Below, one piece after another: positions 1 through 9,600 of a stretch of 64,000 bases of DNA. Made by a program: the position numbers and the translations under genes. Position 1 is the stretch's first letter. Each line of letters starts with the position of its first letter. A model generated the notes under the pieces. That model was given only the letters and a program-made list of their open reading frames with translations. It was not told the DNA's origin and did no database searches. The DNA comes from Ignavibacteria bacterium (GTDB lineage: Bacteria > Bacteroidota > Ignavibacteria > SZUA-365). The stretch covers positions 310,625-374,624 of the forward strand of contig JADKJW010000031.1 in NCBI GenBank assembly GCA_016720835.1, written 5' to 3'.

Positions 1-298
1 GAAGATCCGCCGCAACCTCGCCATCACCTGGGTGATTTCGATCTTCGTGAACATCGGCATGTGGTTCGAGCGTTTCGTGATCATCGCCACCTCGCTGCAT
101 CGCGACTTTCTGCCCTCCAGCTGGGGCTACTTCACGCCGACCTGGATCGACGTCTCGATTTTCGCCGGCACCGTGGGCATTTTCCTGACGCTCTTCCTGC
201 TCTTCGCGAAGTACCTGCCCGTGCTCGCGATGGCGGAGGTGAAGAGCATTCTTCCCGGCGCGCAACCCACGCACAACGGACACGGAGGAACGCACTGA
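1..298 (+). CDS. actC: Alternative complex III subunit ActC (NrfD/PsrC-like membrane subunit), 3' partial
   Basis: C-terminal hydrophobic TM-rich ORF ([18 protein letters not shown]...) running in from the window edge. It is followed by DUF3341 (ActD), a monoheme cytochrome c (ActE) and a second NrfD-like protein (ActF), the canonical ACIII order. The stop overlaps the actD ATG (TGATG). Confidence 0.65.
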   Translation, partial: KIRRNLAITWVISIFVNIGMWFERFVIIATSLHRDFLPSSWGYFTPTWIDVSIFAGTVGIFLTLFLLFAKYLPVLAMAEVKSILPGAQPTHNGHGGTH

Positions 299-837
299 TG
301 ACCTCGCTTGCAGGCCTCACAGGCATCTTCACGAATCCCGACAGCGTGCTGCACGCGGCCGCGAAGTTGCGCGACGCCGGGTATCGGAAGTTTGATTTCC
401 ACACGCCGTATCCCGTGCACGGTCTCGACGACGCCATGGGCGTGCGTCCCACCATCCTGCCGTGGATCTCGCTCGTCGCGGGCTTCACCGGCGCCCTGGT
501 GGCCATCCACCTGCAGTGGTGGACCGGCGCCGTGGATTACAAGCTCATCGTGGGAGGGAAGCCCTTCTTCGCGATGGAGCCGTCCATCCCCATCGCCTTC
601 GAGCTCACTGTGCTGCTGAGCGCCACGGCCACCGTCGTCGGCATGTTCGCGCTGAACGGGCTGCCGGCGTGGTTCTCGAAGTGGCAGCGCGGTCCGCACT
701 TCGCGCGCAGCACCGACGACGCCTTCGTGCTGACCGTGGACGCCGGCGATCCGCTCTTCCACACGGACAAGACCAAAGCATTTCTCGAATCCATCGGCGC
801 CGAACAGGTCAGCCTCGTCGAATACCACGATGCATAA
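298..837 (+). CDS. actD: Alternative complex III subunit ActD (DUF3341 membrane protein)
   Basis: ATG at 298 overlapping the upstream stop. About 180 aa with two TM segments, typical of ActD. Translationally coupled to the downstream cytochrome c (ATGCATAA overlap). Confidence 0.65.
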   Translation: MTSLAGLTGIFTNPDSVLHAAAKLRDAGYRKFDFHTPYPVHGLDDAMGVRPTILPWISLVAGFTGALVAIHLQWWTGAVDYKLIVGGKPFFAMEPSIPIAFELTVLLSATATVVGMFALNGLPAWFSKWQRGPHFARSTDDAFVLTVDAGDPLFHTDKTKAFLESIGAEQVSLVEYHDA

Positions 838-1480
838 ACGCCACCGTATCCTCGCCGGCGCCGTTCTCGGCGTCGCCGTCCTCGTCTTCGTCGCGCTCTG
901 GGCCGGCAACGACTTCCAGCCGCTGCGCTCCACCGAGCCGCCTTTCCAGCTGCGCTACGACATGCAGTACCAGCAGAACCTGCGCGCGCAGCAGCCGAGC
1001 AGCGCCTTCGCAGACCGCAAGTCCATGCGCGATCATGTGCCCGGCACCCTGCCGCGCGACGGCGAGGTGTTCACCGACACGAGCTGGGAGCAAACCGAGG
1101 CGCGCCTCCGCGATCCGCTGCCCCCGGCCACGCCCGCGCTGCTCGCGCGCGGCCGCAACCGCTTCAACAGCTTCTGCGCGCCCTGCCATTCCGCCAACGG
1201 ACAGGACACCACCGAGGTGGTGCGCAAGGGCATGCAGAAGCCGCCCAACCTCGCCGCCGCCAAGGCGAAGGGATATTCGGATGCGCATCTCTTTTACATC
1301 ATCAGCCGGGGACAGAACATCATGCCGGGCTACGCCGACAAGCTCGTGCCGGCCGATCGCTGGGCGGTGATCCGTCACGTGCGCGAGCTGCAGAAGCAGC
1401 CGCTGCGGTACCCCGATCCGGCGCTGGCAAAGACGGACACCTCGAAACGCGCGCCCGCGACGGCGCAGGCAGGGAAGTGA
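830..1480 (+). CDS. actE: Alternative complex III monoheme cytochrome c subunit ActE
   Basis: N-terminal signal/TM anchor and a single CxxCH heme-binding motif (CAPCHSANGQ). Position between ActD and ActF. Confidence 0.7.
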   Translation: MHKRHRILAGAVLGVAVLVFVALWAGNDFQPLRSTEPPFQLRYDMQYQQNLRAQQPSSAFADRKSMRDHVPGTLPRDGEVFTDTSWEQTEARLRDPLPPATPALLARGRNRFNSFCAPCHSANGQDTTEVVRKGMQKPPNLAAAKAKGYSDAHLFYIISRGQNIMPGYADKLVPADRWAVIRHVRELQKQPLRYPDPALAKTDTSKRAPATAQAGK

Positions 1481-2652
1481 TCATGGACCACACCGCCGCA
1501 CTCCTCGCCGGCACGCCCTTCGTCAAGCGCCTCGGCATGGCCGGACTGCTCCTCGCGGTTCTCGGCATCGCCCTTTCCGTCGTCGCCGCCCTGACGCACA
1601 GCGAGCGCTTCCTCTTCGCGTACCTCACGGCCTTCGTCTTCTTCGGGGGCATCGCCGTCACCGGCGTCTTCTTCAGCATGCTGCAGTACCTCGTGCGCGC
1701 GGGCTGGAGCGTGAGCATCCGCCGCATTCCCGAGTTCATGGGCGCCTTCACGCCCTTCCTCATTCTGCTGCTGCTGCCCATCGCCTTCGGCGCGGGCACC
1801 CTCTACCATCACTGGGCGCATCCCGCGGTCGGGGACGTCGTGCTCGGCGGCAAGAAGGCCTGGCTCAACATGCCCTTCTTCCTCGCGCGGCTCGGCATCT
1901 ACTGCGCGATCTGGAGCGGCCTGTACTGGTTCATCGCGGGGAATTCCTTCCGGCAGGACAAGACCACCGATCTGAAATACACCCGCAGGAACTGGACATT
2001 CAGCGCGCCCGCCGTGATCCTCTTCGGCGCGTCGATGACCTTCGCCGCCTTCGATCTGCTGATGTCGCTCGATCCCCACTGGTACAGCACCATTTTCGGC
2101 GTGTACTATTTCTCCGGATCGCTGGTCGGCGCGCTCGCCGTCATCACCATCATCGCGGTGCTGCTGCGCAAGGCGGGACTCCTCACCGAGTGGCTCACGC
2201 CCGCGCGCTTCCACGATCTCGGCAAGCTGCTCTTCGCGTTCAACATCTTCTGGACCTACATCGCCTTTTCGCAGTACCTGCTGATCTGGTACGCGAACCT
2301 CCCGGAAGAAGTCATCTTCTTCACGACGCGCCTCCAGAACGGATGGCAGGCCGCCTCGCTGCTGCTGCTCGTGATCCACTTCCTCCTGCCCTTCGCGCTG
2401 TTGCTGTCGCAGGCCGCGAAGAAGAATCCCACCGTGCTGCTCTCCGGCGCCGTGCTGCTGCTCATCGCGCATGCGTTGGACATGTACTGGCTCGTCACGC
2501 CCAACCTCTCCAAACACCTCCTCATTCCCGGCTGGATCGAACTCGCCCCCATGCTCGGCATCGGAGGGCTCTTCCTGCTCGTGCTCGCATGGCAGTTCAA
2601 AAAGCGCAGCGCCGTGCCGGTGAATGATCCGTTTTTGTCGGAAGGGAAGTAG
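1477..2652 (+). CDS. actF: Alternative complex III subunit ActF (NrfD-like polytopic membrane protein)
   Basis: About 390 aa with roughly 10 predicted TM helices and NrfD/PsrC-like composition. GTG at 1477 overlaps the actE stop; an ATG follows at 1483. Last gene of the act cluster. Confidence 0.65.
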   Translation: MIMDHTAALLAGTPFVKRLGMAGLLLAVLGIALSVVAALTHSERFLFAYLTAFVFFGGIAVTGVFFSMLQYLVRAGWSVSIRRIPEFMGAFTPFLILLLLPIAFGAGTLYHHWAHPAVGDVVLGGKKAWLNMPFFLARLGIYCAIWSGLYWFIAGNSFRQDKTTDLKYTRRNWTFSAPAVILFGASMTFAAFDLLMSLDPHWYSTIFGVYYFSGSLVGALAVITIIAVLLRKAGLLTEWLTPARFHDLGKLLFAFNIFWTYIAFSQYLLIWYANLPEEVIFFTTRLQNGWQAASLLLLVIHFLLPFALLLSQAAKKNPTVLLSGAVLLLIAHALDMYWLVTPNLSKHLLIPGWIELAPMLGIGGLFLLVLAWQFKKRSAVPVNDPFLSEGK

Positions 2653-2659
2653 GATTGGG

Positions 2660-2935
2660 GACCAATTAAAGATCCGGGTGGGACCCCGCCTGCGTTCGCG
2701 AATAGCGAACTTCGGCGTGCAGGCCGGCGTTCCTGTCGGCCGATTCCGGGAGTGATGGAGTTGTGGAGTGTTGGAGTGAATCAAGATGCCGGGTGGGGCC
2801 GGTGTCCCTGCCGGCCGATTCCGGGGCTGCTGGAGTGATAGAGTGAATCAGATCGCCGGGTGGGGCCGGCGTCCCGCCGGCGATTGACGCGATGCTGGAT
2901 GGTGGATGGTGGATGCTTGATGATAGATGCTGATT
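2660..2935. repeat. REP-like intergenic repeat array: three tandem units of about 60-70 bp, then short GGTGGATG direct repeats
   Basis: Units read gatccgggtgggaccccgcctg..., gatgccgggtggggccggtgtccctgccggccgattccgggg and gatcgccgggtggggccggcgtcccgccggcgattg. Unit 1 carries a hairpin-capable insert (cctgc-gttcgc-gaata-gcgaac-...-gcagg). An inverted copy of unit 1 is present at 40105-40251. Confidence 0.6.
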
Positions 2936-3006
2936 ATTGAAACGTCACATTCTCGTATTTCATACTTCCTGGTTCATCGTTCATTCTTCATTCTTCCGAC
3001 CCACGG

Positions 3007-3909
3007 ATGCCCCGCCTGTCCTTGTGCTTCGCTGCCGTCGTTGTTCTCCATTGTTTCGTGATGGAGACGTTTTGCATTGGCCAGCCGAACAAGATAGACA
3101 GCTTGAGCCGCGTGCTGGAGACGCAGGGTATGGCCCAACAACGTGCCCAGACGCTTGCGACGCTGAACGAGGAGATTTACCGGGAGCTTCTCAAGCTGCA
3201 GCCTGACAAGCAGGTTAAACTGGTCGACATCATGCTGTTCAAGTTACAGAGGCAGCTACAGGAACTCGAACGGAAGACGGTGGAAGCAGAGCGGCGCTGA
3301 ACTGAACAAGCAGCGCGAGGAAAATGCGAGGAAGAAAAAGGAAATCGACCTCCTCGCGAGAAACATGCAGTTGCAAACCACCTTGAATGCGTCTCTGCGG
3401 AATTGTCGGAAAGCGGGCAACAGGGCGAGACGCACGCCATCACCGTGCGCATCGAGAAACACTTCGACCCCGAGGCCGGGGACATCGAAGTGTTGCCGCA
3501 GGAGATCAGCCGCGTGCTGCTCAACCTCATGGCCAACGCGATGTATGCTGTGCGCGAAAAAGCGAAGGACGCGAACGTCACCCTCGCCGCGCAACCCGGC
3601 GCCGCCGATGTCGGCATCGCCGCGATCAGCGAGTATGTTCCAACCATCACCGTATCCTCGCGCCGTCTTGCAGACGCGCTCGAGATCCGTGTCCGCGACA
3701 ACGGACCCGGCATCCCGTCCGATATCCGGGACAAGATCTTCCAGCCCTTCTTCACGACAAAGCCCACTGGTTCCGGCACGGGTCTCGGCCTCTCGATGAG
3801 TTACGACATCGTCACGAACGGCCACGACGGAACGCTCGCGTGCAGCAGCCCGCCCGCCTCAGCCCCGGAAGGCCCGGGCGCGGAATTTACAGTGACGCTG
3901 CCATTGTGA
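3007..3909 (+). pseudogene. Sensor histidine kinase remnant: coiled-coil N-terminal part plus a HATPase_c domain, interrupted by an in-frame TGA at 3298 and a frame change
   Basis: ORF 3007-3300 and ORF 3301/3403-3909 are in the same frame, separated by one stop. The best coiled-coil reading of 3300-3400 is in another frame ([26 protein letters not shown]). The C-terminal part carries the N-box ([12 protein letters not shown]) and the G-boxes ([15 protein letters not shown]). There is no H-box or sensor domain. Local GC is about 50% against about 65% in flanking DNA. Confidence 0.45.
3403..3909 (+). CDS. HATPase_c (histidine kinase ATP-binding) domain fragment, the largest intact ORF of the kinase remnant
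   Basis: N, G1 and G2 boxes are present. No DHp/HisKA domain lies upstream in frame. Confidence 0.5.
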   Translation: MSESGQQGETHAITVRIEKHFDPEAGDIEVLPQEISRVLLNLMANAMYAVREKAKDANVTLAAQPGAADVGIAAISEYVPTITVSSRRLADALEIRVRDNGPGIPSDIRDKIFQPFFTTKPTGSGTGLGLSMSYDIVTNGHDGTLACSSPPASAPEGPGAEFTVTLPL

Positions 3910-3924
3910 AATGGCCCTTCGCCG

Positions 3925-5067
3925 TCAGTACATCTCCCTGACCACGGGGTGATTGTAGTTGAGCACGATGACGGTGAAATCGTAGGGTATGCCGGTCCGT
4001 TTTTCCAGATTCAGCACGCCCTTGAATTCGAGGTTGCCGAGCAGCGCCTTGCGCTGCCAGTCGGCGATGTGCGGGAGCGCATCGGAGAGGGTCCGGAGGA
4101 AGGGCGTCAGAAAGATATCGTGGTATTTGCCGAAGTTCCGGAGCAGGACCTCGAGGCAGGCGCGTTCGTTTTCGTCCAGGTCCGTGATGGGCTTGTTGAA
4201 CAATGCGTCGTTCGCGTCCCGGTCCCGTGATGCCAGGCTCGCAGGTGGCGAATCGTACGGTTTCACGACAGGCCCGGATGCTGCGCCGGCATCCGACGCG
4301 GGCTGGGAGAGATCTTCTCCTCCGGTGGAAACGACGGCCGACTCCGCGTGCATCGCGGCCTCGTCGGTCTGCTTCCGCGCTCGTTCCCGCTCTTCGCGCT
4401 CACGTTCTTCGCGCTCACGTTGTTCCTTGCGTTCGTTTTCCGCCTGCAGATAGTCGTTGTACCGTTTCGCCATCTCCTCCAGCTTCAGCAGCCGTTCAGG
4501 GGAAAAGAGGCCGTTGGCATCGATGAAGTTCGGCCTGCCGACGTTCAGCAGCAGGTCGCCCGAAAAATTGGCTTCGAAACCGACGGCAATCACCGTCTTG
4601 GCCTGCTTTTTCAGATGCTGGATCAGGGGGATGTAATCGCGGTCGCCCGCGAAGATCACGAAATGCTGAATCTCCGGCCGCGTGTACAGCACCTCCATGG
4701 CGTCGATGCAGAGCTTCATGTCGGCGGCGTTCTTGTGATCCGTGCCGAGCACGTTGAAGGTCTCGACGCCCATGAGGTACAGCGACCCCTGCGGCGTACT
4801 GCGCAACCGCTCGAAGTCCGCGTAGGCCTTCGAAATGATGGAGCGCACGCGGAAGGTTTCCTCCAGCCGCTTCTGCAGACTCATCAGCAGCTCGATGACC
4901 GCGTCGTTCAGCTCGGGGATATCGGCGTATGCGGCCTTGAGATGGTAGTACACATTTTCGTAATCGATGAACAGCGCCGCGAAGCGCTGCGGGCCGCTCT
5001 GCGCTTCCGTGTTCGACCGGCTCTCCGGCTCACCATCGCCGCTGCCGGGACGTCTCAGAGTATTCAT
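3925..5067 (-). CDS. NYN-domain (LabA-like PIN-fold RNase) protein with an acidic ER-repeat linker and a C-terminal OST-HTH/LOTUS-like region
   Basis: NYN hallmark residues (FIDYENV..., KNAADMKLCIDAMEV..., FAGDRDYIPLIQHLK). The low-complexity stretch reads REREEREREERERARK. Probable start is MNTLRR at 5067, preceded by ggaaacg; an in-frame ATG at 5124 is also possible. Confidence 0.65.
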   Translation of the reverse strand: MNTLRRPGSGDGEPESRSNTEAQSGPQRFAALFIDYENVYYHLKAAYADIPELNDAVIELLMSLQKRLEETFRVRSIISKAYADFERLRSTPQGSLYLMGVETFNVLGTDHKNAADMKLCIDAMEVLYTRPEIQHFVIFAGDRDYIPLIQHLKKQAKTVIAVGFEANFSGDLLLNVGRPNFIDANGLFSPERLLKLEEMAKRYNDYLQAENERKEQREREEREREERERARKQTDEAAMHAESAVVSTGGEDLSQPASDAGAASGPVVKPYDSPPASLASRDRDANDALFNKPITDLDENERACLEVLLRNFGKYHDIFLTPFLRTLSDALPHIADWQRKALLGNLEFKGVLNLEKRTGIPYDFTVIVLNYNHPVVREMY

Positions 5068-5154
5068 GGTGCGTCGTTTCCTTCGTGAACCTGTTCGTCT
5101 GCAATGCGCGCTCCAGCGCCCCACTCACTCCTCCTCACTCCCCGTTCCATTCCG

Positions 5155-6135
5155 CTATCGCAGCACCATGACCGCCCGCTGTCGCACCATGCCGTCGGAC
5201 GACACGCGCACGGTATACGCGCCCGCGGGCAGTCCTGCGGTGGGGAAAGAGAGTGACGTGTTTCCGGCCGCATCAGCACGGATCGAACGCGTGCGCACGA
5301 CGCGACCAAGGGCATCGACGAGCACTGCGTCAACGGGACCTGTGGAAGAAAAAGATGCGTCGATCTGAAACTGACCGGCAGAGGCGCTGACGGGATTCGG
5401 GTACGCTGCCGATAGGGTGAAGGACGCGGACGACGTGGCCACGTCCGCGGCGGACGTGCCCGCGGCGGTGACCTTCATGTTGTCCACGAGCAGTTCTTCG
5501 TTCGGCGAGGACATGTCCCAGAGGTACACTCCCACGGTGCCCGAAGCGAAGGTCTGGTCGAAAATGGCGCCGCCCGGCAAGGCCTGGCCGTCGAAGTAAA
5601 ATGTGAAGTGCGGACCGACGGCCTTGACCGCCAGCGTGTGCCAGCCGCTCTCGGTGGGAATGCCCCCGGGAATCTGTGCGGGGGTCCAGTCCTTCAGCGA
5701 AATCGGCATCGAGGGATTGTCGCTCGTGCGCGCGCGGAAGCGCATGCGCTGCGTGCCCGCCGGATTGAAGGCCGCGAGGAACTGGTAGCCCGAGGAGAGC
5801 CCCGCCGGATCGCCGCGGAATTCGATGCCGTAATAGATGCCTTCATCCACGGGAATGTAGATCGTGGCTTCATAGGTGAAGTCCGAGAAATTCTTGTTCT
5901 CCGCCGAACTTTGCGCGACATTTCCGCCTGAGGCCCTGTTCAATAATCTGCCCACCCAGCCGTCATCGGGCGCCAGCGACGTCTGGAACGGTTCGAGAGC
6001 CGTTCCGTTGAAGCCCGCCAACCAGACGTTCTCCGCCGTCCCGTTCGAGAAACGCTCCTGAAAAAGAATCTGCTGGCCGTTCGCAATGGATGCGGTGAAA
6101 ACACAAAGAACGCACAGACGGAAGAAAGAGATCAT
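5155..6135 (-). CDS. Secreted LamG/concanavalin-like domain protein with a T9SS (Por) C-terminal sorting domain
   Basis: N-terminal signal peptide (MISFFRLCVLCVFTASIANG). The C-terminal 80 aa match the Por_Secre_tail pattern (YPNPVSASAGQFQIDASF...GLPAGAYTVRVSSDG). An AGGAGA RBS lies before the ATG. Confidence 0.7.
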   Translation of the reverse strand: MISFFRLCVLCVFTASIANGQQILFQERFSNGTAENVWLAGFNGTALEPFQTSLAPDDGWVGRLLNRASGGNVAQSSAENKNFSDFTYEATIYIPVDEGIYYGIEFRGDPAGLSSGYQFLAAFNPAGTQRMRFRARTSDNPSMPISLKDWTPAQIPGGIPTESGWHTLAVKAVGPHFTFYFDGQALPGGAIFDQTFASGTVGVYLWDMSSPNEELLVDNMKVTAAGTSAADVATSSASFTLSAAYPNPVSASAGQFQIDASFSSTGPVDAVLVDALGRVVRTRSIRADAAGNTSLSFPTAGLPAGAYTVRVSSDGMVRQRAVMVLR

Positions 6136-6602
6136 GACGATTCTCCTGCGTGGATGAATTTCTGCAAAAGAAAGTACAAACGAATGCGGAAAGGCGAAAC
6201 AGGCGGGCGGAAGGAACTCGCGAACGGACGCAGAATCGCCGAAATGCAGAAAACCCGCCGGTGGGCGGGATTTCTGCTGATGAGAGGAGCCTGCCGGGGG
6301 TGAGAGCCCCGTTGAGGCCGACGATGAGGAAGAATCAATCCATCACGACAAGAAAATAGCGAAATCCATGCCAGAGAGCATAATCGGCGTAATCGATTCC
6401 TTTTGAAGAAGATACAGCTATATCGTGCGAAATTTTTGCATGCTTCTTTCCTGAAATTGCTGCAATTTGCATCGCCCATGGGGTGTTTGCCGCGACCGGA
6501 CAGATTCTTCCCCAAAAAAACCGGGAACATTTTCGCGCGAGCCGAGTTCAATCCATTACAACCAAGCCGTCGAAGTCGGCATCCCTTCACCAAAGAAGGA
6601 TC

Positions 6603-9600
6603 ATGATCATGCGCACGACCATTCGTTTCGTGGCACTGCTCCTGGCTACGGCCGCCATCGCCGCCGTGCTGCCCGCGCTGTACAGCTCGATGTCGGAATC
6701 ACACTCTCTCGAGGGATCAACCATGAAACAGGACTCCTATCCCGAGCTGTGGAAAAAAGTGGACGAGGCGATACGCGAGGGAAAACCGCGTACCGCTCTC
6801 GACATCGTCGAGAAAATCTACAAGCAGGCCAAGGCCGAACGCAACGCGGTGCAGACCGTCAAAGCCGTCGCGTTCCGCGTCGCCCTCCGAGCCGAGACGA
6901 ACGAGGACGGGGAAATCATCCTGGTCCGCGATATCGAAAAGGAAATCCCCGACGTCCGCGAGCCGGCGAAGTCCATCTTCCATTCCATGCTCGGCGAAAT
7001 GTACTGGAGCTACTATCAACAGCATCAATGGGAGATCTCGAGCCGCACGGTGACGGCCGACTCCGCGTCCGACGACCTGCGCACCTGGGACGCGAAAAAA
7101 CTCTTCGAAGCCACCAAAAGACATTACCTCGCCTCGCTCGCGCCCGCCGCCGAGCTGCAGCGCGTGCCGCTCGCCGATGTAAAGGACCTGCTCATCGACG
7201 GCTTCAACGGCGACGCATACCGGACTTCCGTGTATGATATTCTCGCGCATCGCGCGGTGGACTTCTTCGCCGACGACCGCGGCAATCTTCCCAAACCCAC
7301 GCGCGAATTCGAGGTCACCACGCTCGACGCCCTCGCGTCGGCGGAGCAGTTCGCGCAGCACCGCTTCGAGACGCCCGATTCCAGCGACAACACCTGGGTG
7401 GCCCTCGAACTGTACCAGCACCTGCTCCGCGCCCATCTGCGCGACCGGGCGCCCGACGCGCTCGTGGACCTCGATCTCGACCGCCTCGCCTTCGCGCGTC
7501 GCATCACCTACCACGATGAGAAGGACACCGCGTACGTCGACGCCCTCACCGCGCTCGCCGCGCGCCATCAGGCGCACGCCATCTCCGCGGAGGTCGGTTA
7601 CCGCATCGCGCAGTACCAGTACGACCGCGGCGACTACGTCAACGCGCTCGCCCGCTGCGACCGCGAAATCGCGCGGCACGGACAGCAACGCGGCGGCGTG
7701 AACTGCACGAACCTCCGCGCGCAGATCCTCGCGAAGGAGATCGATTACGCGGTGGAGAGCACCGTCGCGCCCGAGACCCCCATCCTCGCGGCGGTGACGT
7801 ATCGCAACCTTCCGCGCGTGTATTGCCGCATCCTGCCCGACGAGATCGATGACGAAGATCCCCGCCGTCCGCGCTCCGCGGAGGAGCGCATGCGCGCCCT
7901 GCTGAAGCGGAAAACCCTGCAGGCCTGGTCGGCGGCGCTGCCCGACGCGAAGGACTACAAGACGCACGTGGCGGACATCGCCGCGCCGGCGATGCCGATC
8001 GGCACCTACGTGCTCGTGATGAGCGCGCGCGAGGATTTTTCGCTGACGAACAACCGCCTCGCCGTCGGCCCGCTGCGCGTCACGCGGCTGAGCCTGCAGA
8101 GCCAGCAGCTGCTCGACTGCACGCACCTGTTCTGGATCCGCGAGGCCGACAACGGCGCGCCGCTCGGCGACGTGACCGCGAAACTCTCCATGCGCCGCTG
8201 GAATTCCTCGAACTACAAGTACGAGAAGATCCCGTTCCGCGACATGGTGTCCGACAGGAACGGCCGCGTGAAGCTCGAGCCCGGCAGCGCGCGCGACTAT
8301 CTCTACGTGACGCTCGAGCGCGGCGGCGACCGGCTCGCGCTCGACGAGGGTTTCTACCCCTGCACGCGCAATCCACCGGACAGCAAGCTGCGGACGATCT
8401 TCTTCACCGATCGCGGCCTGTACCGTCCGGGACAGACGGTGTTCTTCAAGGGCCTCACCGTGCGCTACGACGCCGATCAGGTGGGGCGCAGCGCCGCGAA
8501 GGGCGTGCAGAGCACGGTGGACTTCCTCGACGCGAACTACCAGAAAATCGCCTCGCAGTCCTTCACCACCAACGAATTCGGCAGCTTCCAGGGCACCTTC
8601 ACCGTGCCGACCGGTGTGCTGACGGGGACCATGACGCTGCGCTCCCAGCACGGCAGCGTGCAGATCCAGGTGGAGGAGTACAAGCGGCCGAAATTCGAAG
8701 TGACCTTCGAGGCCGCCAAAGGCACCTTCAAACTCTACGACAACATCACGGTGAAGGGCAACGCGAAAGCGTACGCCGGCGCGAATATCGACGGCGCCGC
8801 GGTGACGTACCGCGTCGTGCGGCAGGCGCGTTATCCCTTCTGGTGCTGGTGGTGGCGCAACCAGCCGCGCTCCGAAACCAAGGAGATCGCGCACGGCATC
8901 ACGAAAACCGCCGCGGATGGCACCTTCGAAATCACCTTCCCGGCGTTGCCGGACAAGTCGGTGCAGAAGAGCACGCTCCCGGTGTTCAGCTACGCGGTCA
9001 CCGCCGATGTGACCGACATGAGCGGCGAGACGCGCAGCGGCGCCACGACGGTTTCCGTCGGCTACACCGCCATCGTGCTGAGCGCCGTGCTTCCGCCCGT
9101 GCTCGACGCGAATGTCCCCGCCATCGCCGTCTTTGCTTCCACCAACCTGAACGGCTCGCCCGTGACGGCCCGCGGCACCGTGCTCGTCGAGAAACTGCGC
9201 AATCCCGCGCGCGTGCTTCGCGAGCGCCTGCTGCCGCAGCCCGACCAGTTCGCGATGAGCCGCGAGGAATTCAAGCGCGCTTTCCCGAACGACGTGTGGA
9301 AGGACGAGAACATCGAGGACACCTGGCCCGTGGAAAAGACCGCGGTCAGACAGGAGTTCTCGACGAACGCGGCCGGACAGGACACCGTCAGTCTCAAAGA
9401 CCTCGAACCCGGCCGCTACCGCGTCACGCTCACAGCGAAGGATCCCTCGGGCGAGACGCTCACGCTGAAGCAGTTCTTCACCGCCTACGCTTCGGACGCG
9501 AAGGAGCCCGCGACGACGGAAGGCTCCGTGCTCATCCCCGTCGCGGTGACGGGACAGCCGGGCACGAAGGCCACGGTGATCTTCGGCACCTCATTTTCGG

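Noticed and set aside
2660-2935. Tandem repeats considered as a CRISPR array
   Set aside because: Units are about 60-70 bp, degenerate and contiguous, with no unique spacers of regular length. No cas genes are nearby.
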